Positions 24,244-40,224 of a DNA stretch of 64,000 bases are shown in pieces (within the stretch, counting starts at the first letter, position 1; each line of letters starts with the position of its first letter). Origin of the DNA: Vicugna vicugna (Eukaryota); NCBI GenBank assembly GCA_013265495.1, contig MU058289.1, positions 1,116,001 to 1,180,000 on the forward strand. Reading direction: 5' to 3'. Under the pieces are notes generated by a model, which was not told the DNA's origin, ran no database searches, and saw only the letters and a list, made by a program, of their open reading frames with translations. Both the position numbers and the translations under genes were made by a program.

Positions 24244-24608
24244 GTTTTGGGTGAAACTGTTTCCCCAAAATTCATATGTTGAAGTCCTAACCCCTGGTAC
24301 CTCAGAATATGTATTCGGAAATAAGGCTTTTAAAGAGATAATTAAGGTAAAATGAGGTCATGTGGGTGGGCCCTAATCCAATATGACTGGTGTCCTTATA
24401 AGAAGAGGAGATTAGGTCACAGACAATACAAACTCAGGGACGACCACATGAGGACACAGTGAGCCAAGGAGAGAGGGAAAGAAACCAAACCTGCCAATAC
24501 CTTAATATTGGACTTCTAGTCTTCAGAACTGTAAGAAAATTAACTCCTGTTGGTTAAACTACCCAATCTGTGGCACTTTGTTATGGCAGCTCTATTAAAC
24601 TAATGCAC
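24244..24608 (+). mobile_element. MaLR LTR (MLT1A/B-like)
   Basis: CCCCAAAATTCATATGTTGAAGTCCTAACCCC...GGGCCCTAATCCAATATGACTGGTGTCCTTATAAGAAGAGG...TTTGTTATGGCAGC...AAACTAATGCA. Confidence 0.85.
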
Positions 24609-25299
24609 ATACTAAGTTTTCTTTAAGGGAAAAACTGGGATAAATATAAGTATGCTTTTTACATTAAGTGCAACCACCATATGGAAACAAACAAAAGGTG
24701 TGAATTTTAATGCAGCTAAAATAAAATACCTGACTTATTGCAATGAAAACAGGAGGTAAGAAAACGAACTGTGTAAATGGGACACTGGAAAAAAAAAAAA
24801 AAAGGTTGGGTATTAGGTTGAAGTCCCAGGTCTCTTCCAAGTGAGATCTTTGTCATCAGGGACAGGAGTGAAATGTAAACAGAAGTCAGTATTAATTCCT
24901 CACAGAACCAGCATATGAGCCCATAGGTGAATAGTAGGTGACTTAGAGAGAAAGATAAATTCATAAAATGAAATGAAATAAAACTTTCCCCAAAATGATT
25001 CATTTGGTTTCAAAACCAGGGATAATCAGCATTCCTCAGAAGCAAACTATTATGATTAAGAGCATTGTCTGAAAGTCAAACAAACCATAATTGGAGTCTA
25101 GTTGTGCTGTGCAGTGGTGACTGGCATCCAGAGCTTGTAATAGTAAGTTTTCTCATGTTCTAAATTAATATGAGGCTACCTGAGTTGTGTGGACAAATTG
25201 TTATCAAATTCATATAAGTAAAATAACTCCAGACCTAGTAAAAAGAAAATATAAAATCTGCTATAGATCTAGAGAGACAGAGAGAGAGACAGGAACCAT

Positions 25300-25845
25300 A
25301 TGAGGCAGAATTTTGGAACCTATTATCTTTTGCCCCCTGGTGTTTCTCCCATGAATTTATTATGTTACATGGTAATGAAGCCTTGCCTATGTAAGTAAAG
25401 CTACTATCAATTGACCTTCAAATAAGGAGATTATCCTGAATTATGTGGGTGGGCCTGTTCTAGTCTCATGAACCCTTAAAAGACTGATGGTAAAAGAAGA
25501 AGGAAGAGACTCAAAGCGTGAGAGAAGCACTCAACCCATTGTTGATAGTTTGAAGATCAAGGAGGTCACGTGGAAACTGTGAGCAGGAAATTAATTCTGA
25601 AAACAAACAAACAAACAAAAAAGCACAAACCCACAATGATCCTGGAAGAAGGCCCATGACTCCAGATATAAAGTGCAGCCCTAGCCAATACTTTGAATTT
25701 GGCTTTGTGAGACCCTATGCAGAAGACCTAGCTGAGCCCTTGAATTTCTGATCTACAGAGACCATGAGATAATAAGTTTGTGTTGTTTTAAGCTGCTAAA
25801 ATTTTGGTGATTTTTTTTTTTTACAGCAACAATAGGAAACAAATA
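25300..25845 (+). mobile_element. MaLR LTR (MLT1E/F-like)
   Basis: GGAGATTATCCTGAATTATGTGGGTGGGCC...GAGATAATAAGTTTGTGTTGTTTTAAGCTGCTAAA...ACAGCAACAATAG. Confidence 0.75.
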
Positions 25846-27639
25846 AGGGAACAGACATGCAAGAAGAGGTAAGAATTGAGACAGAAGAAGCCATCCTAAG
25901 TCCCTGGCTCCTCTTGGCATCTAAGTCGCCCAGCACTGGTCTCAGAAGCTGAGTCCCCAGAGCTCACTCACTCAAGAGTTGCGTCCTGGCTTTTCGCCCA
26001 GGGGACTAAGTCTTGACCTTTCACTCCAGAAGTTGAATCCTCACTTCACCCTTCATAGCCTCCAGAAGGTGAATCCTCACTTCTCCCTTCACAATTCTAA
26101 AAGGATAAACGTTGCAAACATTTTGCTTCAGAAGCTAGAATCATCAGAGACTTTTCACTTTATATTTTATTAATGTATACAGTGTTGACATTTTGTGTTT
26201 AAGTATTAGGAAAAGTAACTTGCACAAATGCATTTTGCAACCTTAGTTCAAAACTCCTGTGCCTTTAGAAAGGAAACAAAAAACACATGAGCCCTATCCA
26301 CAGGAACCACAGCAGAAGGATGAAATTTTCCTAAACTTACACCAAAATCACCTTTTAAAACAGATTTTGTGGTCTTAACCCCCGAGTGTCCGATTGAGTA
26401 GGTCTGGGTTCACAACTTGGAATATGCCCTTCTAAAGAGTTCCCATGTGATGCTTTTGCTGTTTGTTCACAGATCAAACTCAGAGAAGCAGTGCTCCAGG
26501 GAAGGCAATGCTGCATGCTGTCCCAGGCCCCAGTCCACAGGGCTGGAGGTTTACAGACTCCAGGCGGCAGATCCCAGAGTTCTCACTGACATCCCTCAAG
26601 GTCTCTGCAGTGAGTAAAGCAGAGACATGGCCATCTGGAGGTCCTAGCCTCTCCACTGCTAAGGGACCTCGTGAGGAAGCCCCAGGACGCAGGTGATCAC
26701 AAACCCTGGCCAGGCTCCACCCACAGAAGTCCCCAGGCCACTTGATTCTTCTGCCTGGAACTGAAAAAGAAAACAGAAAACTTACATGGCTTATTCCTCA
26801 CCTCCTTCTAGTGTTTACTCAATTCTCCTCTTACTAATGAGACCTCCTTCACTGCACTGTGTAGTATTACAGCCTATCTCCCTACTCCTCGGCACACAAT
26901 CACTCTCCTTTCCATTTTGCCTACTACATTCTAACTTACTATGTGATTTAGTATTTCTTCTTTCGTGTTGCCTGTCTCTTCCTTAAATATAAGCTCCATG
27001 AAGGCATGAGGTTTTGTCTCAATTGTTTCATGTCTCCCATGCACCTAGGACAGATGCTCATTAAGCTTTTGTTAGAGCAGAGAATGAAAATGACACCATA
27101 GATCGCTGTTCATTTTTTCACCATTCTGGTAACTCTAAATGACCTCTTCAGTTTTGCCTCTAAGCTGGAAAGGAAATGCTCGATATTTTCAAGAATGTTA
27201 AAGAATCACATTTGGAGATAACATCCTCAGTGAGTCCATTTGCTTCAGGGGGGCCCAACATCTGTCTTCTGTCTTCTTTGTCCTGGTCCCAACTGATGGC
27301 TTTTTTTCCCTTGTCCCTGACAGAACATACTGAAATGCACCAAACCAACTAACACTTCAAGCTACGTGCATTTGAAGAGCAATGAGGTACGTTTATTAGT
27401 TCCCAGCTACGAGTGGCGGCAATTTGGATCTCAGGGATTCCACGGAATGATAACTCCATTCGAATTTGTAGCCTTTGGGAGCATTGGCAGTATGCTTAGC
27501 CTCTGAGAGCGTACTGAGCTTGATGGAGTGTGAAAAAATATGTATCAACACTTCAGTGATCGATTGCTGCCAACACTGCCCCCCAGAAACTCGGGTGCCT
27601 TCTCTTTGAGAGGAGCCAAATCACCTTCTCAATCAAAGC

Positions 27640-28260
27640 CTGAAAGACGCCTTTTCGGCAAGCTGGAGGGGACGAGAAGTGTGCCCTTCGCCGCATGACG
27701 AGCTGGGACTATATTACCCAGAGTGCTCTGCGCCGAGTGGCAGCAGCGCTGATCCAATGAAGGTGCAGGAGTGGAGTTGATCCGTGTTTGGCGCGAAAAA
27801 ATAGGGGCGGGACTTCCAGTCTTGTTTTGTGGCGGGCATTTTGGCTGGTTTGGGACTAGTTCGCCTGATCAGTAGCTCCCAATCGCTAGGTCCGGTCTGA
27901 GGTATCCGGAGGCTGAAAATTCGAGACAAATGTCGTCCTCCCTGCACAAAGGTGAATCTAAGGCTCGGAGGGGACCGCCGGGGTGATCCCAAGTTCCAGG
28001 GCTGGGTGGTGTCCGAGTCCCCACCCTCGTCACCCGTCACTCCCGCCCATCCACAGGCCTAGATTTCCGAGGCCTCATAGATGGATCTGGCACAAATTGG
28101 TAGTGAGTCCTTCAGGCCCTCGCCTGAACCGCCCTCAACTTTTGATTCCTAAAGGTCCAAATATGAGGAGCCTGTTGGGATCATTGCAGCCTGGGCCGGA
28201 GCGTCCAGCACCCTCAGGAGGGAGGGAAGGGGCGCTTGTCGGGGGTGTCCCCGTTTCTGA
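27640..28260 (+). promoter_or_regulatory. CpG-rich promoter and exon 1 of the first KRAB-ZNF locus
   Basis: CpG-dense. ZNF143/SBS-like GACTATATTACCCAGAGTGC (about 27707-27726), CCAAT (about 27754), E2F-like TTTGGCGCGAAA (27787-27798), GC box GGGGCGGGACT, and splice donor AAAG|GTGAAT after 27951. Confidence 0.75.
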
Positions 28261-28729
28261 AAGGAACGTGATGAGATGTGGGAGTGTTACAAGCAGAGGG
28301 ATCACCATAGGCGTAGAGGGGCTACAGGTCCAGGAGTGTTTGGGAAACCTGGGCTCCGTGCTGTGTCTGTACAGAACAAAGTGTGAAGGGGAGTCAAGCC
28401 CGGAATGGCAGGTGGAGGAGGCGTATCTAAGCGCTTACCGTGCTTGGAACCATGGAGGCTTGTGAACAGAGGAAGGACATGGTCTGAGTTAGGGTTTTTT
28501 AAGTTTCCCTGAAACTGGAAAAGGGGTGATGAGGACAGTGAGGCGCAGGGAGGTTGAGTCCTTCTCCAAAGTCACTCAGCTGGTAAGAGGCACTACTGAA
28601 GACCGGGCTACAGAGTTAAGAGTAAGCCCAAGGTCACCTGGTTCCAGGGCTAGGCAGGGGCGCAAGGGAGGCCTGAGCCCATGGAGCCCTCCACGTTGCT
28701 TGCTTCTCACAGTCTCTCTCTTCCCACAG

Positions 28730-28767
28730 GTTCCATGGCCGCAGAAGTGTTTAAGGACCCTGCACAG
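28730..28767 (+). CDS. KRAB-ZNF locus 1, exon 2 (ATG at 28735: MAAEVFKDPAQ)
   Basis: TTCCCACAG acceptor and CAG|GTGAGT donor. The peptide matches the MAAAALRDPAQ start of the ZNF792/ZNF211-type subfamily. Confidence 0.75.
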
Positions 28768-30768
28768 GTGAGTGGGCCCTCACCAGTCCCAACCTCCCCC
28801 GACACACACATATTCTCTGGGATTGTGATGCTCTAGGATGCAGACTGCCACTCTCCTAGCCTTTTGGCCTGGAGATTGTTTTGAGAAACCCCAGACCCTC
28901 AGCCAGGGTTTATATTGAATGCTTCTTATGTCTGGCAACCAAGGGAATGAGGTGTGGAAAATCACCCCAGGCATGTCCAGATGTTTGAAGGTATGAGTGA
29001 GCTGGAAGTGTTCAGAGAACCACATTTCTCTTTCCTTTATGGCGATCAGGAGAGTAAGAGTTGGGCCTGGAATGGCAGCCTGAGAAATTGGATGTTTTCC
29101 TGGAAGTGATGGGAGCAATGGAATGTGTGACAATGAGGTTGTGTGACTCAGGTCTTAAAATGCTCTCTCTGGCTGCAGAGAGGAGAACAGATTTTGGGGA
29201 GTGAGGGAGGAGGCAGGAAGACCAGGGATGAGGCTACTGCATTAGTGCTGGTGGTGAGTATTGGTGGTGACTGAACCAGTATGGTGGCCATGGAAGTGGG
29301 AGAAGTGGTTGAATTCTGGGTCTGTTTTTTAAGTATGACTGACTGGATTTCCTAATGTTGAGGGTGACAAAGAAAAACATATGAGTCAAGGATTATCCCA
29401 AGCTTTTGGAAGGAAGAAAGGAAAAGTCAGCAATAATTTTCGGTGGAAATAGCAGGAGTTTTGTTTTAGCCATGTTAAAAATCTGAGATGGTTTAGAGTC
29501 CACTGCTTGAAGGCATCAAGTTGTCAGCTGGACACAAATGTCTGAAACTCTGGGAAATGGTTCAGGGTGGAGACAGCCAAATGGTGGTGGCTAGTATGTA
29601 TATACAAAGGGAGATGGAGCTGTGGGTCACATTTGGGAGGAGGAGTCTTCAGGTTATGGTGGTAATGCTATTAGCAGGCCAGGACAGGGAGGGTGGCGCC
29701 CTAGGAATGGGTCTCTTGTTTGAGCACGTGGTTAGGGGTGGTGTGAATCATAAGCACAACCGAGGGAGAGAACTGGCCATGGGAGGGGATTTGGGAAGAG
29801 GATGGTCTGGTGAGTGGTCAAGGCTTCTAAGGGCAGAGGGGAAGTGTAGACATTGAGATCGATGCAGAGACATAGGAGTAATTGAGGAAGCATGACGGTG
29901 AGGCTGGTTTCTATTCACATCTGTATGGACTTACCAGGATTTTTTGTGAACTTGGAGTGTTTCAGGCAGGCTGGTGGATTAGCTCAGGGGAAAATGTGGT
30001 TCTGATAGAGTCACTAAGCTGGGGAAGGGGAGCCCTGAGGTTGGGGTTTGATTGAGGGTTAGGTTGAAAGAGGAGAATTGTGACTAATGAGGGGACAGCA
30101 AGTGCAACACAGAAGTGGAAGAGGACCATGGGGCCTGGAGTCTGCATACAGTTCTGAATGGCTGAGGGTGACAAGCAACAGAGCCAGGATTGAGGCTTTC
30201 ATAGCAGGATTCAAGGCTGCCCTGGGCGGGAGGAACCACTGAAGGTCTGGAGTAGTACTGAATCCTGTTTGCATTTACCAAGCATAATCTTGATGCCACA
30301 TGGTGAGTGACACATGGTGGCCAGGGAGAGATTTATGGCATGGGGCAGGGAGGTGGTGATGGTGGCTGTGGGGTCTGGAGGTACAAAAGAAGTACATTCT
30401 ATAGAACAATGTGCATGTGGAAAAGTATGAATTGATGTCACCAGGGTCCTGGTGTTGGGGACTGAAGGATGAAGGGAGGGCCCAAGTTTGGTTGTGTTTG
30501 GGAGGCACCATCTGTGTGACTTCCTGGGAATTGCCTGGCAGGATAGATGGAGTCCTGTGTGGCAGGCCCAGATCTTCATGGCATCTGTGTGCCCACCTGC
30601 CTAGCATTGCAGAAGTCCAGACATAGTAATTAATGGAGCTGTGAGGAGGGAGTAGGCGCAAGTGACACCAGAACCTGATACCTCATCTGAGTTGTGGAAC
30701 TGGGGAGAAATATGAGCATAGGGTGGATATGTGGGGATATGTTTGGGGGGTCCTCAAGAGAGAGGCTG

Positions 30769-31716
<948 letters not shown>

Positions 31717-32279
31717 TAGAGGGGAAAGGGTCAGGAGTCTTGCAGTTAGCCTTTTGGATCCCACTTTGCTTTCCCTTCCTCTGGCCAGGTGACCTCCCTG
31801 CCCTAGGTTCTACTCCTTCCTCTAGCTGATGTATCTGCCACGCTAGGAATTCCAGACACTGACATGGTAACTACTTCGGTGGCCCATGGGCTATTCTTGC
31901 AAGATCTTCCTCTGCATTTTTGGTTTTTTTTGGGTTTTTTTGTAATATTTAGTTTTCTTTCCTATGGTCTGTCACTCTGAGTTGCTCTGGGCCAGTGCTG
32001 GCCACTCACCTGTCCAGTCTTTTCCTTAGAACTTGCATTATCCAGGTACTGTGTTCAACTGAGGGTAGAGGAGAGAGTTATGGGTGCTTCTCAGGGTGGA
32101 CATGACTCCAGCTCCACAGAATGGACTCCAAGGGTCCCTGGTCCTATTGAGTGGCAGATGAGAGGATGTGACATCAGGGTTGTGTTCACATCATACTATG
32201 AGTCTGTTCTGTTTCCACTACTGTTTTGGTGCCATTGCCAATGGCCATACCTCATTTCTCTTTTTTCTTACCCACTCTT

Positions 32280-32439
32280 TTTTTTAAGTAAAAGTAGATT
32301 TATTAGATTTATTCAGAGAGATACATACTCCATAGAGTGTGAGCCATCTCAAAAGGCAAGAGAAAGGCCATGAGGCCTAGGAGATACCCATTCCATAGAT
32401 AGAATTCAGGCCTTCTCAAAAGGCAAGAGAAAAGGCCTC
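32280..32439 (-). mobile_element. Short polyadenylated LTR-derived fragment inserted with an L1-type TSD
   Basis: Similar to the LTR at 54659-55280 (GTAGATTTATTCAG, AAAGGCAAGAGAAAGGCCA). T-tract at the left end and 13-bp TSD CTTACCCA(C/T)TCTT at 32267-32279 and 32440-32452. Confidence 0.7.
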
Positions 32440-33007
32440 CTTACCCATTCTTGATACTTTGCCAACTTGTCATTTCTACACTCTCAGCCCAGTTCAGTTC
32501 TCAGCTCTCATAATGGATTCCACATCTCACCTATTCTTCTCCACTGCTCCCCCTCAGTGTTCTCCACCATTGCCCCATGTATATTGTGTTGTGAGACGTG
32601 CATGTATCTTTAAGTAGTCTTTGAACATGAGCTACTCTGATGCAATTGAGTTTTCTTGGACCCAAACACACCCTTCTGCACAGCAGTCCTGTGTCATCAG
32701 CAGACAAGTGCTAAAAAACCTTTCAGAGTGAGTTGTAGACCTCCTCTTTACACTGCACCTCATCCATTCTCCTTCACTTGGTCTTCACTGTGTCTGTCAT
32801 TTCCCCCATGCTGTGACCTTTAATGGACCAGAGGACCATTATTGCACAGCAGCTGCTTCCTCAACCTGATTCCAGCTCCCTCCTCCTGACAATAATCCTC
32901 TGGACTCAAGTACACTCATTCATTAGCGTATCAGATGCTCATTTGTGATGGGGTTGCCCCTTCCCACCAAAATCAACTGCACTTCACCTGTATTTCTTTA
33001 CTTTCAG

Positions 33008-34330
<1,323 letters not shown>

Positions 34331-37300
34331 GAGGGGAGCCTTTGTGAGGAAGACATCTGCCTGATGTTGGGTCTTTTAAATCTGAACATCCACAGTGAGG
34401 AGATTCTCTGTAAGTTCTAAGTTTGTGGGAAGCTTTCGGGAGCTGTCTTGCGCTTTCTAGCCTGTGCAGGGCCCTTACCAGATTTATTGATTTATTCTAC
34501 TGCAAGTTTCTGTTGTAGAAACCATCTCACCCTTATACCTGGTAGGGTCTCACAGCGGTCAGTTTCAAGATGCCAACGTGATGTCACTGAACATGGAATG
34601 AGAAGAGATGCTCAGTAGCACATCATTATATTCTTTTTCCACCATGCTGATAGAGTTGCCGTAAATTAACCCAAGAACATAGATAAGAGTAAAATGACTA
34701 GGAAGGACAAGCTATGAGTATTTAGTACTTTTAGTTTTCAAACAGCTTTACTGAGATATGATTGACTTAAACTGCACATAGAGGGTACAGTTGATGTTTT
34801 TGATATATGTTTACACTCCTGAAACCAAAACATTTCCTCCTGCTCTTTTTAATCCATTCTTACTAACATAAACCTATTACTACATGGACATAATCTCCCT
34901 TTGTAATATATATTTTCACATATATACTGGAGAGAACCGTTTTGAAGCTCCATGAACTATTCCCCAGTCTTCCATTATTCATCATTTCATGGCCATTCTT
35001 AGTTCGTCTGTCCCCATGCTTATTACTGAGTTACTTATAATCTACACATCATGTCATTTAATTCACAAACGCTTCACGATGCATTTCCAAATATAAGGGC
35101 TCTGTCACACAAAATAAAAATCCTCTAAAATCCTTTCAAATATGTTACAGTGCTCAGTTTTCTCAGTTGTTTCCAAAATATGTTTATTTTTAAGGTGATT
35201 CATTGTAATCAGTATCCAAAATGTATCCATATGACTTTCAATAGGCATTTTCATAACTCTCTTAACCCATAGCTGCCATTTACCTCCTTTTTATCCTTAT
35301 ATATTTGTTGAAGTTGCTGAGTCACTTGTCTGTTAGAATTGATCTCATTCTATATTTGGTTTCTTACACCTTTCTGATTTAACATACCCTTCTCCCATCT
35401 TTTCTGTAAACGAAATATTGACAAGATGTATAATTGGGGTCTGCTCCTGGCAGGCAGGTGTGTAATGGTAACACTGGGAGATACACAAATGTGACAGATG
35501 TGTGATGGTGACACATTTGGAAACATGGTGTGACAGTATGTTTTGCTAGCACACTGAAGCACAGTCTAGAGACACACAGAAGTTTCAGGTACTAAATGTG
35601 CCAGATGTGTAGTGAGTGAGACCGCAGCACAACCTAGAGTCATATACATATATCTGGGGGACTGTGTGTGACAGGTTGTGATATACCTAAGTACAACCTT
35701 GGAAGGTTCCCACATATACCCTTGGGACACTGTGTGACAGATTTTAGGACGTTAACACTTCAACACAGCCTGGACCCAGATACACACACAATATCCATAG
35801 AGAAAAGATGTGTGACAGATATGAGACACATTCAGCTGACATATGCAAAACATACCAGTGATCTGTGAGACTGGAGGAGATACTGACGCACCACAGCAAG
35901 TGTGGTGATACAGATACTCTGTGGAGCCTTGTGAAACAGGCATGTGATGGGGTACCCCAATGCCTGGTGTGTAGGCCACATGGCTACAATCACACAGTTC
36001 CCATGGGTCGAGTGTGATGAGACAGGAACCCCTGGCTTGGAGAGAACAAAACTCCATCCCTGGAGATTTGCTGATGCACTGATAGGGGTCAGAACAGAGA
36101 GCCAGGGTGCCTAACTTGTTATAACTTAGAAACTAACCCGTATTTGATGATTGAATGGAGCCCCAAGTAGAGATATTGCAATGTGATTAGTTAATGGTCT
36201 GAGGCCCAGCAGATAATCTGGGCAGGAGAGGAATCTGGGAGTTTTAGCCTAGATGAGGGAGCAGACAAGTCCTGAGAAAGATAGGTAAAAGTATTTACCA
36301 CTCAGGGGCCCTCTGGGGCTGCAGGTTTCCTACCCCCTCTCAACCATGCTCTTCCCTCTGTTCTAACGCTGGTTGGACCCCAGCCTGGTGGGCAGTGGAC
36401 ATGCAGTTGGCTGCATGGACAACAGATACCTGAGTGTCACCAGGAAAGGGGCAGGCTCATCTAATCCCTGAAATTAGGTCCGTTTCTACACCATAGCTAC
36501 AATTACATATTCTGTCCTCCATGCCCCTTGCCTCCTCTGTTCCCCATATTTTGCCCCAGTCCCCTGTCCTCTGCACCACCTCAGCCTCCCCACTTCACTG
36601 AACCCCCTCATCCTCAGGGTACCAGTGAGAGAAAAATAGAACTTCTCAGAATCCTCTGACCACACACAGGATGCAGGGAGTGAGCTGCAGAGAAGACTAC
36701 AAGCTGTAGTCTAGAAAATTCAGTGTTGGTTCTGGATGTGCCCCTTTCTTGGGCTGTGATCTTGAAAGGTTTCCCTCTCTGTAGTTGGCCTCCATTTCCT
36801 CAGGTCTAAATGGGAATATTTACAACTCCTTCCCTGGGTTGAGGAGACTAGAGAGATCATGAGTGTGGTGTGTGTCCCCCAGTGCCAGGGCATACGTCAG
36901 CCCCCCTCAGATGCCTTTTCTGTGACGGATGTGGTGATAGCTCTGCTTCTTTGCTTATGCCTACAGAAATGGGCTCAAGGGTAGCTGAAATAAATACAGG
37001 AGTAACAGATAATGGAAATGCTTCACATCCTTATTACCAAATTGATAGAGGAGTCATAGGGTTTACATATATAGACCATGGACCAGAGAGAACTAGGTTT
37101 AAGAATTGCCTCTGCTCATTAGACTAAGGACACGGTGGACAACTTGCTAAGGTCACTGACCATGATATGGAGAAGATGCTGGTGTTTGCCTCATACCTGC
37201 GGAGGATTGATAAAAATAGCAAAACATATTGAGTCAAAATAACTGATTAAGGGCTCTATTGGAAAAAGTAGACAACATATAAAAACAAATGATAATATAA

Positions 37301-38390
37301 GCAGAGAGACAGAAATGCTAAGAATCAAAAGGAAATGCCAAAGATCAAAAATATTGTAACACAAATGAAGAATGCCTTTGATGGTTTCATGTGTAGACTG
37401 GGCATGGCTGAAGAATCACTGAGCTTGAAGATATGTCTATGGAAACTTCCCAAACGGAAATGCAAAGAGAATAAAGAATGAAAATACAGAATAGAATATC
37501 CAAGAACTACAGAAAAATCACCAAAGGTGTAAAGGACACAAAATCGGAATACCAGGAGGAGAGTAAGAGGGAGGAGCAGGAGAAATATTTGAAGTAAAAA
37601 TAGCTGGGAATTTTCCAGAATTAAGGACTACACTGAACCACAGATTTAGGAAGCTCAGAAAACCCCAGCAGGATAAATACTAAAAAAAAAATCTACACAG
37701 AGTCATGTCATATTCAAACGTCAGAAAATCCAGTAAAAAAGAGAAAATCTTGAAAGAAACCAGAAGAGGGGTACGAAAAGCAATTTATCTATAGAGGAAC
37801 AAGGGTAAGAATTATATTAGAAATCATTCAAATGGAAAGAGAGTGGAGTGAAATATTTAAGAAAAAAACGAGTTTTGTATCTAATAAAGTTATCCTTCAA
37901 AGTGAAGAAGAAATAAACTCTTTCTCAGATAAACAAAATCTGAGGAAATGCCTTTCAAGAAATGTTAAAAGACATCCTCCAGAGAAAAGGAAAATGATAT
38001 TAGGTAAAAAAAACTCAAATCTCCATTAAAAAAGAAAAGAAAAGTATCAGAAGGAATAAATGAAGGTAAAATAATTATTTTATTTTTTCTTATTTTTAAT
38101 CGATTTAATGAGTAACTTTGTTCAAAGTAATAAAATATATTGGGTATTTGTAACATGGATAAGTGGAAGTAATGTTAGCAGTGTTATAAGGGACTGGACA
38201 GAGGATTTGAGAATACTGTTATAAACTACCTGCACTACCTATGAAGCAGTACAGCATAATTTGAGAGTGGGCTTAGATTAGTAGGAAGTATATATTGCAA
38301 ACTCTGAAGGAACCAGTAAAAAAAAAATTTTAAAGTATAATCAACATGTTAAGAGATATAAAATGTTCAGTTAAAATCAGAGAAGGCAGG

Positions 38391-38580
38391 GGGGTGGGAA
38401 AGGACAGACTGGGATTTCAAAATGCAGAATAGATTAACAAGATTATACTGTATAGCACAGGGAAATATATACAAGATAATGAATATATGTTCATGTATAA
38501 CTGAAAAATTGTGCTGTACACTGGAATTTGACACAACATTGTAAAATGACTATAACTCAATAAAAAAATTGTTTAAAAAT
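38391..38580 (+). mobile_element. Young 5'-truncated L1 3' end (camelid-type)
   Basis: ATACTGTATAGCACAGGG...GACACAACATTGTAAAATGACTATAACTCAATAAAAAAA, with perfect 15-bp TSD ATCAGAGAAGGCAGG (38376-38390 and 38581-38595). Confidence 0.85.
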
Positions 38581-39837
38581 ATCAGAGAAGGCAGGAAAAA
38601 GTGGGAAATACTAAAAAAGAACAAGTATAACAGGTAAAAACAGTTATAAACATGTTATTAGTCCAACTATATCAATAATTACTTTAAATGTAAATGACCT
38701 AAATACACCAACTATAAGGACAGAAACTTCAGAGTGTATAAAAACACAAGACCCTATGTATTATCTACAAGAAACCCACTTTAAATATAAAGACACTGAT
38801 AGGTTAACAGTTAAGGGATAGAGAAAGAAATACCACGCTATCACCAATCAAAAGAATGCAGAAGTAGCTATATTAACATCACTTCAGAGGCGGGGAATTT
38901 CCCGGGTGTAAAGGGGGAAATTACATAATAATAAAGGAGTCAATTCTCTAAGAAGATAATGTGGATCCTTAATGTGGATGTTCCTAACCACAGAGCTTCA
39001 AAATGTTTGATGTAAAGAATACTTAAACCCAACAGTAAGAAAACAAACCACCTCAATTAAAAAAAAAAAAAAAACCCAGTTGAAAAAAGGGCAAAAGATC
39101 TCAACAAATACCTTACCAAAGAAGATATACATAGGGAAAACATGCGTATAAAAAGATGTAACTGTGGTGCTTCCAGGAATGGTGAACCCCTCTGGCGGAA
39201 TAAAGCTGTTACAAAAAGTAGACAAAGTGCTTAGTGTGTGGCCAGTGAACTTTCTTTATGCTGGGAGTTGAGCTGTGATTTAGAAGCAGTTTGTTACAAG
39301 CTAAAGCGCTAGGGAGATGCACCACAGTGAAACTTTGTGCTCGACACAGGAGCAAGAATTTCTGTTGGCGTAAAGCTTCCAGAATTCACCGTTCGGAACT
39401 TTATTCCTACCCTTAACCTGTAAATGAACATCGTTTTAGTGTTTGTGGGAAGCACCAGCCATTAGAGACTAAAAAGACTTCTTTGTTCTTAGTCACCACA
39501 GGAAGAGATGAAGATACAAACACAGTTTTTTCTGAGACAGTTTGCCCTTATTCCGTTCTCCACTCTCTGGACAAAGGGGTCTTGACACCTGTGCATCCAG
39601 CACTCTCACATTGATCCATCCCCCCCACCACCACCCGGTGGCATCAGTGGGAAGAAAAAAAAGATGCAAATCATATGTCATTAGGGAAATGCAAATTAAG
39701 ACTATAATGAGATACCCACACACATCTATGAGACTGAGTAAATTTTTAAAAACCTGATTAATACCAAATTCTGGCAAGTACATAGAGTAATAGGAACTCT
39801 CATTTTTTGCTACAGGGAATGCAAAATGGTATGACCA

Positions 39838-40224
39838 CTGTTATGGGTCCCCCCAAAATCATATATTGAAGCCCTTACCCCCTAGTGTGACTATATTTGG
39901 AGATAGGGTCTTTAAGGGGCTAAAGTTAAATGAAGACAGAGGGGTAGGGCGCTAATCTGATAGAACTGGTATCCATGTTAGAAGAGGAAGAGATACCAGA
40001 TCTCTCTCTCTCTCCCTCTCCCTGTGCGCACATAGAGGAAGGCGATGTGAGCACAGAGCAAGAAGGCTGCCATTTGCAAGCCAGGAGCAGAGTTCTTACA
40101 GAAACTGAATATTTTTCAAATCTTGATCTTGAATTTCTAGCCTCTAGGGTGAAAAGATAAATGTTTTTTAGTTAGCCACCCAGTCTGTGATATTTTGTTA
40201 CGGTAGCCCAAGCAGACTAATGCA
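39838..40224 (+). mobile_element. MaLR LTR (MLT1A-like) nested in L1
   Basis: TGTTATGG..CCCCCAAAATCATATATTGAAGCCCTTACCCCC...GCCCAAGCAGACTAATGCA. Confidence 0.8.

Noticed and set aside
27983..28465. 160-aa ORF in the CpG island
   Set aside because: GC-rich intron 1 sequence with a GTG start and no recognisable domain.
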